DNA from: Candidatus Micrarchaeia archaeon
GTDB lineage: Archaea > Micrarchaeota > Micrarchaeia > Micrarchaeales > Micrarchaeaceae
DNA: 16,138 bases
Reading direction: 5' to 3'
Assembly (NCBI GenBank): GCA_049964795.1
Contig: JBMFWY010000016.1
Location: 1-16,138, forward strand
Part shown: in pieces, positions 8,398 through 15,981 of the stretch
Layout of the letters: each line of letters begins with the position of its first letter
Numbering within the stretch: position 1 is the stretch's first letter
The notes under the pieces: generated by a model
Database searches by the model: none
What the model was told of the DNA's origin: nothing
Seen by the model: only the letters and a program-made list of their open reading frames with translations
Program-made: the position numbers and the translations under genes

Positions 8398-8421
8398 AAT
8401 CGACATTTATAAATGTTGATT
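8398..8421. promoter_or_regulatory. 24-bp near-perfect palindrome centred on the HMG-CoA synthase TATA box
   Basis: AATCGACATTTATAAATGTTGATT has a perfect 14-bp core (ACATTTATAAATGT) and one mismatched pair in the flanks. TTTATAAA is at 8406-8413. Confidence 0.5.
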
Positions 8422-8443
8422 TTGAAATATGCTGCGTGATCTA

Positions 8444-10318
8444 ATGCCTGAAAAGAAAGTTGGGATAAGCAATATCTACGTAAGGAATCCCCACATAAAG
8501 ATAAGCTCCGAAGAGCTCGCAAAGGCGATAAGCGCAAAGGATTTTATAGCAGAGATTGAAGCAATTGCAAGGGAGGAACAGCGCGTTATAAACGAAAAGA
8601 TAAAGGAGCGCGAGGAACTTGCAGCAATAAGCTACCCTTATGGCCCGATAGAAGACTTTTTGGGCCCAAACCACAGTGGCGAGACCCTGGAAGATCTTAT
8701 TGTATTATCGAAAAAACTTGGAGGATTCATGGAAGAACTGTCTTCAGCAACCGATATCGATACGGCAATGAAATTGTCTGCTTTCCTGGTAGAGATGGGC
8801 GTCACAACAGAGCAATCAATAAGTAAAATAGCAGAGTCTGTGCAGGTCAGCCCCCAAAAGATAAGCGAAGGCCTCGGCATAAATTCCATAACCCTTCCAA
8901 GCTTCGCTGAAAGCAATGCCACCTTTGTAGCAGATATGCTTTATGATTTTGCGGTGGATATTTCAAGCAGCGAAGACAAGCTCGCAAAGCTTAGGGCCAA
9001 GCCACTAAAGACGATATTCTATTCAAGCGAGAGCAATCCTGACAGGAGCAGACCTGAGCTTGAGATTGCACTTGAACTTGTATATTCGAGGCTTCTTGAA
9101 GAAGATCCCGAAAAATACCGTGAGGTAATAAGCGCTTTAAGGCACGCGATGCTGTTTCCGACAACATATGCATGTGTCGGGGGTGTGATGTCTCTGGATC
9201 AAGCTGCAAGAAGCGTTAGGGAAAACGAGTCTGCGCTAGTAATATCTGCTGATACTGCAATATACGATCCAAAGCTCGCCCCTCATGCTGAAACCACTCA
9301 GGGTGCTGGCGCTGTATTATATTGGATTACGACAGATCCAGAAATTGCGGTAATAGACTATGAAGGAAGGGGCGCATATCATCTATCCTTGGCAGATTTT
9401 ACTAAATACCTACAGGAGCATCCGGTAGTCTACGGCAAGTTCTCGGAAATAATATACGTATATATGGTATCAAAGGCCATGGCGGCTAGCAAGGTTGGCA
9501 TGCTGCCATTGAGCATGCTGAAATTCATAGTGGAGCACGTGCCATTCCCAAAGCAGGCGCTCTATCTTGCAAGCTTCCTATTCGTACACGAACTCAGGAA
9601 TTTTGACAAAGCGAAATTCGAGGAAATTCAATCCCGCAGCTCAGTAGGCAAAGAACCTCTTGCAGGATTTTCAAGCCTTACGGATCTGCTGGACAGCAAG
9701 TTCAAGGGGTTCAATAGCGAAAGGAACATGGAGGAGCAGGAATTCATCAAATACATAGAGAACGACAAGGACATAAAAACCTATTGGGCCTGGCTTGCCC
9801 GCATAAGGAAGCAGCCTGAATTTGAAAAATTCAAGAAGGATCTTATGATAGACAAGGCACTTGTGCTTCCTTCTAATACAGGCAACGTGTATTCATCAGC
9901 GTCGCTGCAATCTTTTGCAAGCTTGCTCAACGAGCTGGCAAAAGACCCAGAGATATTAAGCGAGGAAAAAATAAAGCTTAATGGAGTAATGGGTGGCTAT
10001 GGCAGCGGCGCACAGGCTGTAGCTATGCCAGTAGAGATAGAAACCACAAAAGAGAAGCTAGTAAGTAACATTTCGATAAAATCCTCTACGATTCCAATAA
10101 ATGCTGATCAGTACATACTGCTTCACAAATGGCTTATAGCCGGCAGCGAAAGCGAGAGGTCAAGCAATAGCGGCAACCTGTTCAAGAAAAGCCTTGAGCT
10201 TCTGAGGCGTGAAACAATGCCCGATGGATTCTACATCATAAAGAGGAACATCGATGGAACTGGCGAATACTGCTACGTAAGCAACGGGGTTGAAAGAAAG
10301 CTGAGGATAAGGTATTGA
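8444..10318 (+). CDS. mvaS: hydroxymethylglutaryl-CoA synthase (MvaS/haloarchaeal-like type) with large insertions
   Basis: VGISNIYVRNP, KISEGLG, SESNPDRSRP (catalytic Glu), YACVGG (catalytic Cys), ISADTAIY, ETTQGAGA, PVVYGKFS, HVPF (catalytic His), GNVYSSA and GYGSGAQA. ATG 8444 (GTGAT RBS, correct TATA spacing) is preferred; 8429 is the alternative start. Confidence 0.85.
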   Translation: MPEKKVGISNIYVRNPHIKISSEELAKAISAKDFIAEIEAIAREEQRVINEKIKEREELAAISYPYGPIEDFLGPNHSGETLEDLIVLSKKLGGFMEELSSATDIDTAMKLSAFLVEMGVTTEQSISKIAESVQVSPQKISEGLGINSITLPSFAESNATFVADMLYDFAVDISSSEDKLAKLRAKPLKTIFYSSESNPDRSRPELEIALELVYSRLLEEDPEKYREVISALRHAMLFPTTYACVGGVMSLDQAARSVRENESALVISADTAIYDPKLAPHAETTQGAGAVLYWITTDPEIAVIDYEGRGAYHLSLADFTKYLQEHPVVYGKFSEIIYVYMVSKAMAASKVGMLPLSMLKFIVEHVPFPKQALYLASFLFVHELRNFDKAKFEEIQSRSSVGKEPLAGFSSLTDLLDSKFKGFNSERNMEEQEFIKYIENDKDIKTYWAWLARIRKQPEFEKFKKDLMIDKALVLPSNTGNVYSSASLQSFASLLNELAKDPEILSEEKIKLNGVMGGYGSGAQAVAMPVEIETTKEKLVSNISIKSSTIPINADQYILLHKWLIAGSESERSSNSGNLFKKSLELLRRETMPDGFYIIKRNIDGTGEYCYVSNGVERKLRIRY

Positions 10319-10349
10319 AGAATCAAAGGGAAATGGGGCGCCAACGCTT

Positions 10350-10805
10350 TTACGCCTTCTTACCCTTTCCGAATCTGCCAGGCACCCGTGGCGGCTTTAT
10401 TTCAGGGTAGATCTTTGAAAGCGCAAGCAGCTCCACAGCTGTGTCATAACCTATCCTGTTCATGATTCTGCTTACCAGATAGGCTTCTGCAATCTGCTTG
10501 TGAAGCTTTCCCCTGCATGCTTCTTCCACAACCTTTGCAGCATCGCTGCCTAGATTTGAGAAGACTTCTGCCACAGAGCTGAAGCTTCTGCTTTTGCCTT
10601 TGGCTACACTTTCAACATATTTATCTAGCATTTCTGTATCTATGCCAAGGAATAGGTAGGCTTTTGCATCTGCGATGCTGCGTATGGCTGCGAGATGACC
10701 AGCTATCTCCTCCGGCTTTGTGTCCTCTTTGATACCTAGTCTCTTTATGGCAATCCAATCCTTATATTTTGCCATAAAGTCTATGTAATCAGAGGGCTCG
10801 TCCAT
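10350..10805 (-). CDS. DUF2666-like archaeal protein of unknown function
   Basis: N-terminal IDFMAKYKDWIAIKRLGIKEDTKPEEIAGHLAAI matches the DUF2666 pattern as I recall it. Basic C-terminal tail YPEIKPPRVPGRFGKGKK. Confidence 0.7.
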   Translation of the reverse strand: MDEPSDYIDFMAKYKDWIAIKRLGIKEDTKPEEIAGHLAAIRSIADAKAYLFLGIDTEMLDKYVESVAKGKSRSFSSVAEVFSNLGSDAAKVVEEACRGKLHKQIAEAYLVSRIMNRIGYDTAVELLALSKIYPEIKPPRVPGRFGKGKKA

Positions 10806-10811
10806 TGGTGA

Positions 10812-11033
10812 TCACTGCTGTTTTACTATATAGTAGCCAGCCGCCTTTTCCCTTGCCACTCTCTTGATCATATTTTTCTGGACCAGGGTTACAAGCGCAT
10901 TGGTTACAAGCCCTTTGGGCCTGTTTGATTTCTTTGTTATGTCGTCTGCTGTCTTTATGCTATCTTCCTTTGTTGCGCCAAGCTCTTGCATGGCTTTCAG
11001 GACTGCCTGTTCTATTGGAGTAAGCTCTACCAT
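10812..11033 (-). CDS. small basic winged-helix DNA-binding protein
   Basis: LTPIEQAVLKAM...TADDITKK...PKGLVTNALVTLVQKNMIKRV...GYY fits a wHTH pattern. AAGGTGA RBS upstream. Confidence 0.75.
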   Translation of the reverse strand: MVELTPIEQAVLKAMQELGATKEDSIKTADDITKKSNRPKGLVTNALVTLVQKNMIKRVAREKAAGYYIVKQQ

Positions 11034-11050
11034 TCAATTCACCTTAAATG

Positions 11051-11203
11051 TTATTTCTTCGCGCGGAGGCTCTTCCTCTTGGGCCTTAGATATTTGTACC
11101 CGCATTTCCTGCACTTTTTAGCGCCGGCAGGATTCCTAGCCTTGCACTTCTTGCAAATCCACACTTTTGAAAGTTCTGCGTCTGCGATTGGAAATTTACC
11201 CAT
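11051..11203 (-). CDS. rpl40e: 50S ribosomal protein L40e (not in the ORF track)
   Basis: Manual translation: [50 protein letters not shown] (50 aa), with the ICxKCxARNP..A.KCRKCG...LRPK zinc-ribbon signature. GGTG RBS upstream. Confidence 0.96.
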   Translation of the reverse strand: MGKFPIADAELSKVWICKKCKARNPAGAKKCRKCGYKYLRPKRKSLRAKK

Positions 11204-11294
11204 CAAAGCACCATTAGATAAGCATTTCGTATTTAACTAAAAATCATGTAAAGAATCAAATAATAATTAAGATAAAAATATAAAAAGCAGATGG

Positions 11295-11588
11295 TTATCT
11301 GTTTGCCAAATCAGTTACTTCCGAACTGTTCTCGTTTTCACTTTTCCTGTACTGATTTGTGCCTGCCGAGACAAGCACCACGTCTTCTATGCTTTTTATG
11401 TTTTTGAATATTATACTCTTTTGCTGCAGCAAGCGCTTTACCTCTTCTTTGCCGGAATTGTGCCATTCCTCCATGAGCAATCTGCTCACTTCTCCTTTTT
11501 CCAAGTCTATAATAGCATCACGTACTTCTCCTAGGTACTGCCCAGCATCGCTATATATATCCATATTGTATATCTCGCTTATCTTCAT
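11295..11588 (-). CDS. PRC-barrel domain protein
   Basis: ISEIYNMDIYSDAGQYLGEVRDAIIDLEKGEVSRLL...IIFKNIKSIEDVVLV is a typical archaeal PRC barrel. AGGTGA RBS and TTTAAA box upstream. Confidence 0.85.
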   Translation of the reverse strand: MKISEIYNMDIYSDAGQYLGEVRDAIIDLEKGEVSRLLMEEWHNSGKEEVKRLLQQKSIIFKNIKSIEDVVLVSAGTNQYRKSENENSSEVTDLANR

Positions 11589-11656
11589 GTAGTCACCTAT
11601 AGTGCTATTCTGATTATAAGTTTAAATATCTTGCTATCTATGCTGTATAACGCTAT

Positions 11657-12787
11657 TCACGCGTCTTTAATTATTTTCCTATCCTTGCCCTTGTAAAATT
11701 CGGAAAGCAGGATCTGCATGCTTTTTGCGAATTTCTCCTGTTCATCTCTTCTTTCAATGTCATTGCTCGATTGGAGCCTGTTTTTGTCTACCTGCTTAGG
11801 CAACCCAAAGGCACTTGCATGAGGATGGCCGTTTCCTCCCATGCTTTGCGCAAAAGGCACCGAATCTATTTTACTTTCGCCTATTACCCTTATGTGTGCT
11901 GTGCCCCTCTGCGCTTTTACATAAATTGCCATTTCCGCTCCAGCAGCGTTCGGCAGATTGAACAGAAAGCTGCAGCCATCGTTTGTCTGCAAGGAGCCGC
12001 TATAATTAAAACCTATGACAGCTTTGTGCCCATTGAAATCTATAGCATAGGAATTATCTTTAAGCTCGCTTTTAAGTACGTTCTGCTTTTCTTCATATAA
12101 TCTAGCTTTTTCCTGAATAAACTCGTTTTTATCAAAATCGTAGGGATCCGCAACGAATGCCTCAACCATCTTAAAAAGCCCTTCCTGTATTCCTGTATTG
12201 TCATCAAGATATGAAGCTATCGCCATGCTCACTTTGTCAAGCTTCTTGTCTACTATGGGATCTTTATTCCTAAGGTTGAAATCCGAAATATGTGCAACAT
12301 AAGCTATGTGCTCTATCTCTTGATCGTACTTGCCAAGCGCTTTTGCAATGTGCTCAGCAACAAGCTCTGCACCACAGTAATCCTTGTTTTCTCCTGCAAT
12401 CACGTAATCTGCGTGTTCAACTAGAAACTGCATTACACTGCTTGAGCTAATAGGGTGGTGATCAAGCCACACGATGATGTTATTACCTTGCTTTAGCGTT
12501 TCAAAAATTTGCTTATATGTGGCAAGTTCAGCTTCGCCAAAGCTGAGATCGGAGAAGATCACGACTGAATTAACAGGGTTTACCTTTTTTATTATTGCTA
12601 AAGATTCTTCTATGGCCTTTTTTTCAAAATCCGAGAATATAACCTTTTTTACTCTGCCGCCTGGGAAAACGTACTCCAAAATTGCGGGAGCAGCGACCCC
12701 ATCAACGTCCTTCAAGTGCGTTACTGAAACAATGTCTTTGCCATCTATTATGTCCGCCATGCCTCTTTTAGCAATAGGTTCGTACAT
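11657..12787 (-). CDS. DHH/DHHA1-family phosphoesterase (NrnA/NrnB-like)
   Basis: Motifs THLKDVDG, SDLS, WLDHH, HISDF and the DHHA1 motif MGGNGHPHASAF. Alternative start at 12760 (MADIID, GAGG RBS). Confidence 0.88.
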   Translation of the reverse strand: MYEPIAKRGMADIIDGKDIVSVTHLKDVDGVAAPAILEYVFPGGRVKKVIFSDFEKKAIEESLAIIKKVNPVNSVVIFSDLSFGEAELATYKQIFETLKQGNNIIVWLDHHPISSSSVMQFLVEHADYVIAGENKDYCGAELVAEHIAKALGKYDQEIEHIAYVAHISDFNLRNKDPIVDKKLDKVSMAIASYLDDNTGIQEGLFKMVEAFVADPYDFDKNEFIQEKARLYEEKQNVLKSELKDNSYAIDFNGHKAVIGFNYSGSLQTNDGCSFLFNLPNAAGAEMAIYVKAQRGTAHIRVIGESKIDSVPFAQSMGGNGHPHASAFGLPKQVDKNRLQSSNDIERRDEQEKFAKSMQILLSEFYKGKDRKIIKDA

Positions 12788-12810
12788 ACGACCACATCAT
12801 AAATTAAAAA

Positions 12811-12883
12811 TGCGATTGTCGGGATTTGAACCCGAGTTACCGCCTTGGCAAGGCGATGTCCTACCAGGCTAGACTACAATCGC
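12811..12883 (-). tRNA. tRNA-Gly(GCC), intronless, CCA not encoded
   Basis: Reverse complement folds into a cloverleaf: acceptor GCGATTG/CAATCGC+A, anticodon arm TCGCC-TTGCCAA-GGCGG, T arm TCGGG-TTCAAAT-CCCGA. T5 tract downstream and TTTAAAT box upstream. Confidence 0.96.
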
Positions 12884-13058
12884 ATCAACATAATATTTTT
12901 ACAGCACTAAATTTAAACCTTTGGCTCCTACCCCTTTATGCCAAAAGCGCATTCACTTGTGTGCCTGCCATCGCTGTTTGTCAAGCATATTTTGTGGATC
13001 ATCAATAAATATCTTAGCGCAGCGAAAACCAAATAGGCTTAGCTGAAAGCGCAAATGC

Positions 13059-13838
13059 TTATACGCCGAACCTGCGTTCCCTTTTTGAATACTCCTCAAT
13101 TATTGAATCAAAATCATTTTTCGTAAAGTCTGGCCAGTATTTCTTGCAGAAATAAAACTCAGCATATGCAGACTGCCAGGGCATGAAGCCTGACAGTCTT
13201 ACTTCGCCGGATGTCCTTATTACAAGGTCGATGTCTGGCACTTCCTTTGAGAGCAGGTAGTTGCGGAATAGTTTTTCGTCATTGATTATGGCATTGCCCT
13301 TCTTTATTTCGGCAGCAACAGCATCAGCAACGTGCATTATATCTTCTTTTCCACCGTACCCTAGAAGCAAGTAGATATTCCTAGCCTTGTAGTCCATAGT
13401 TCTTAATTCCAGCTTGTGCAGATCTTCAGACAAGTCTTTTGGAAGCAGCTTCATGTCCCCAACAATAACAAGCCTTGCCTGCTTTTCCTCTAACCTTGCT
13501 ATAAGCTTTTTGTCATGGGCTGCCTTCCTGTAAACATCATACAAAGCTTCTACTTCCTCTTTTGGCCTTCCGGTATTCTCGGTTGACAATCCCCAAACAA
13601 TTATATCCTTAACTCCGTAATCGTAGCACCATTCGCTGAACTCTATAAATTTTTTGACGCCAAGATCATAAGCACCCTTTGCATTTAGGAGGTTTTTTCT
13701 CGCCCACCTCCTGTTGCCATCAGGTATCAAGGCAACAACCTTTGGGTAACCGTTGCTTTCCATCACATCAACCTTAGACCCATTATAAACTTCAATGCTA
13801 GATCCTGTCTCTGTAAATCCATTATGAACGGTCGCCAT
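13059..13838 (-). CDS. uppS: cis-prenyltransferase (undecaprenyl/polyprenyl diphosphate synthase)
   Basis: IPDGNRRWA, LSTENTGRPKEEV, GYGGKEDI, DLVIRTSGEVRLSGFMPWQSAYAEFYF, WPDF and RERRFG. Confidence 0.96.
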   Translation of the reverse strand: MATVHNGFTETGSSIEVYNGSKVDVMESNGYPKVVALIPDGNRRWARKNLLNAKGAYDLGVKKFIEFSEWCYDYGVKDIIVWGLSTENTGRPKEEVEALYDVYRKAAHDKKLIARLEEKQARLVIVGDMKLLPKDLSEDLHKLELRTMDYKARNIYLLLGYGGKEDIMHVADAVAAEIKKGNAIINDEKLFRNYLLSKEVPDIDLVIRTSGEVRLSGFMPWQSAYAEFYFCKKYWPDFTKNDFDSIIEEYSKRERRFGV

Positions 13839-13926
13839 TTACATACCTAGCGCTGCATTAACGCCCTACAGAAGTATTAAAGTATAAACTATAAATATCC
13901 ATAATACGCTCTATCAATGTGGTAAA

Positions 13927-14310
13927 ATGGAATATACATACGAAGATCAGGTTATGGCTTATGATACAGATTATCAAGGAGTAGCCCATTATTCTTCATA
14001 TTACCGCTTTGTGACGAACGCGATATCCTCTTTTGCAGAAAAGAAGCTGAAAAGGGTATTGAGTAAGCACAAGAATCTGTGGTTTGTCATAGTGGAATCG
14101 CATGCAAACTATATGAAACCGCTTCACATGTGGGACAGGATAGAGATCAAAATAAAGCCCCAAGCCCAAGAAAAAAAGGTAATAGTAAATTTTGAAATCC
14201 ATAAAGATAAGGCAATTACAACCAAAGGCTACCTTGTGCAGATGCTAATAGATAGAGAAAAATGGAAATCAGTAAGCATACCCGAAGATATAAGAAATGC
14301 GGTTAAATAA
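13927..14310 (+). CDS. hotdog-fold acyl-CoA thioesterase (4HBT/YbgC family)
   Basis: DTDYQGVAHYSSYYRF, VIVESHANYMKPLHMWD and C-terminal SVSIPEDIR. GTGGT RBS and TATAAATA box upstream. Confidence 0.88.
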   Translation: MEYTYEDQVMAYDTDYQGVAHYSSYYRFVTNAISSFAEKKLKRVLSKHKNLWFVIVESHANYMKPLHMWDRIEIKIKPQAQEKKVIVNFEIHKDKAITTKGYLVQMLIDREKWKSVSIPEDIRNAVK

Positions 14311-14485
14311 GCAATTTGTGCCTGCTAATCCTGCTGTGTGCGCTTTAATCAATGGTGGGTAGCTACAAAAAATAGGTGCAAATGTCTTTGTGCAGGCAGC
14401 ACATTAAAAGCAGTTAGTTACATTACTCAAAATTGTACAGTGCGGTAAAAATGTTATAAAAACAAAACCCTGCTTTTAGGCATGC

Positions 14486-15040
14486 TTATTCTTTTATGTC
14501 ACCGCGGTACAGCTTACTTTTTATCTTTTCTGCCAAATCCTGCAAGCCCTTCTTATTGTCAAGCTTCTTGTTGAAGTGTATATTTACTGCTGAAAAGAGC
14601 AGCATTGGTACTTCAAGCACATACCTATATAGCACATTTATATTTGTATCGTGCACAGCATGTCCCTCTACCTCATAAAGGCCAAGCTTATTGAAGATAT
14701 GCAATGCCCTTGCCATGTGGAATCGTGAAGTTACAAGTAATAGTCTTATGTTCTGCTCACCAATCATGGCAAGCAGCTTTGCTGCTCCGTAAAAATTGTC
14801 TACAGTATCTCTAGAATCTCCATCATAGGATATTATTTTAGGTGGCACGTCTTTTCTGAGGAGAGTGTAAAACATTAACCCTACCTCATCATGGGTGCCA
14901 ACCAATACAATATCACTTACATTACCACGTGCATAAAGCTTTGCTGCCTCCACTGCCCTTTTTTCTGACAAATAAGAATTTGCATCTCCAAGTACAACTG
15001 CATAGGTTTTATTACTTTCCTGCGCTAATTTAGTCGACAT
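14486..15040 (-). CDS. YdcF/ElyC/SanA (DUF218) family protein
   Basis: AVVLG...RAVEAAKLY, SRDTVDNF and LLVTSRFHMARA. Confidence 0.85.
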   Translation of the reverse strand: MSTKLAQESNKTYAVVLGDANSYLSEKRAVEAAKLYARGNVSDIVLVGTHDEVGLMFYTLLRKDVPPKIISYDGDSRDTVDNFYGAAKLLAMIGEQNIRLLLVTSRFHMARALHIFNKLGLYEVEGHAVHDTNINVLYRYVLEVPMLLFSAVNIHFNKKLDNKKGLQDLAEKIKSKLYRGDIKE

Positions 15041-15067
15041 TTTCCCACAATTATTAGATAATTTTTC

Positions 15068-15113
15068 TGATATTTAAACGTTTTCCTATTTGATATTTAA
15101 ACGTTTTCCTATT
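15068..15113. repeat. perfect 2 x 23-bp tandem repeat containing the DUF218 gene's BRE/TATA
   Basis: TGATATTTAAACGTTTTCCTATT at 15068-15090 and 15091-15113. The minus strand reads GGAAAACG-TTTAAATA. Confidence 0.9.
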
Positions 15114-15176
15114 TCTACTGTGTCTAATAATTATTGATAAATAGACAGCACACACGTTATTAATATCATTCGACAA

Positions 15177-15333
15177 TCAGATAAGGAAAGTGTTATAAAC
15201 TACTGCCTTCAAGGGCAGTTCTTTCTCTTTTATGTCTTCACACCTAGAGAAGGTGTATCCACCAAAGGCTCCTTTGAATACGCCTATGGCTGTTTCAACT
15301 AGTGGCCTATCGTGGTAACCACTAGTGTGTTTG
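15177..15333 (-). mobile_element. IS5-family (IS903-like) transposase C-terminal remnant
   Basis: Manual translation: KHTSGYHDRPLVETAIGVFKGAFGGYTFSRCEDIKEKELPLKAVVYNTFLI*. It contains the Y-(2)-R-(3)-E-(6)-K signature in an IS903-like context (GYH.R..ET...FK..FG). An in-frame stop lies just upstream and there is no start codon. Confidence 0.8.
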
Positions 15334-15341
15334 GTTGATAA

Positions 15342-15859
15342 ACTTCAGAACTCAAACCGGTAACAGATAATGGAATAGACATATGGCATAACTATGCACT
15401 AGTATTTGAAATGGACAATATAGAACAGGGATTAAAGACGGAATTAGAAAAGGCAGAAAATGCCGCTTCGAATGTTCAAAAGCTCAGTAATCGAATATAA
15501 AAAATGTTAGAAGCAAAAGCGCAGAAAGAATTATTCTACCGCACTAAAAGAATATAATGACTTTACAAAATCCAAAAATAAAGACCTCTTATATAAATCT
15601 TTCATTAACGTAGAAGAGGCAAGTGTATATATACATAATAAAGCTTTTGAGTAGTGGCTTTATAGAGGATAAAATAAAGAGAGGCGAATTAAGCTATAAA
15701 TTTGCGCTTGATATACAGCAAGATAAAAATATGCTCTTTATACGCGACAAAATATATCCTTTGATAGATGGTATAATTTCTATTGGAAAACAATTGGGTG
15801 TGGATAAAAAGGATTACACTTCAAATCTTGCTTATATAAAACTATTAAGAAGGCAGTAA
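15342..15859 (+). pseudogene. decayed AT-rich gene of unknown function (includes track ORF 15623..15859)
   Basis: Consecutive coding-like segments: TSELKPVTDNGIDIWHNYALVFEMDNIEQGLKTELEKAENAASNVQKLSNRI*KMLEAKAQK, then KNYSTALKEYNDFTKSKNKDLLYKSFINVEEASV, then YIIKLLSSGFIEDKIK.... They are joined by one internal stop and two apparent frameshifts; the 5' end abuts the IS remnant. Confidence 0.5.
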
Positions 15860-15981
15860 AAGCTTAGGATTTACTATTGAAAGAGAAAACGAACCTCTAC
15901 CATAGGGAAAACCAACATCCTGAGGAATTTTGGCGGTGTTTGTTCTTTCTATATTGTATCGGAGTTGTACACTTTAACTAA

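Noticed and set aside
355-12872. Many short antisense or alternate-frame ORFs (e.g. 355..648, 2142..2528, 2639..3040, 5554..5952, 7918..8319, 10986..11240, 12474..12872)
   Set aside because: They are shadows of well-supported genes or tRNAs and carry no recognisable motifs; 10986..11240 is antisense to rpl40e.
12826-13008. 60-aa plus-strand ORF
   Set aside because: It starts inside tRNA-Gly and crosses its promoter, with no coding features.
12920-14485. Possible ncRNAs in the intergenic gaps 12920-13058 and 14311-14485, which share TGTGCCTGC
   Set aside because: Only a 9-bp match, with no convincing stems or C/D-box arrangement.
15068-15113. Possible CRISPR repeat
   Set aside because: Only two copies, directly adjacent with no spacer, and no cas genes nearby.
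14311-15981. att direct repeat of the tRNA-Phe 3' end
   Set aside because: By eye, no second copy of TGCCGCAGGTCGG or a similar sequence was found in the window.
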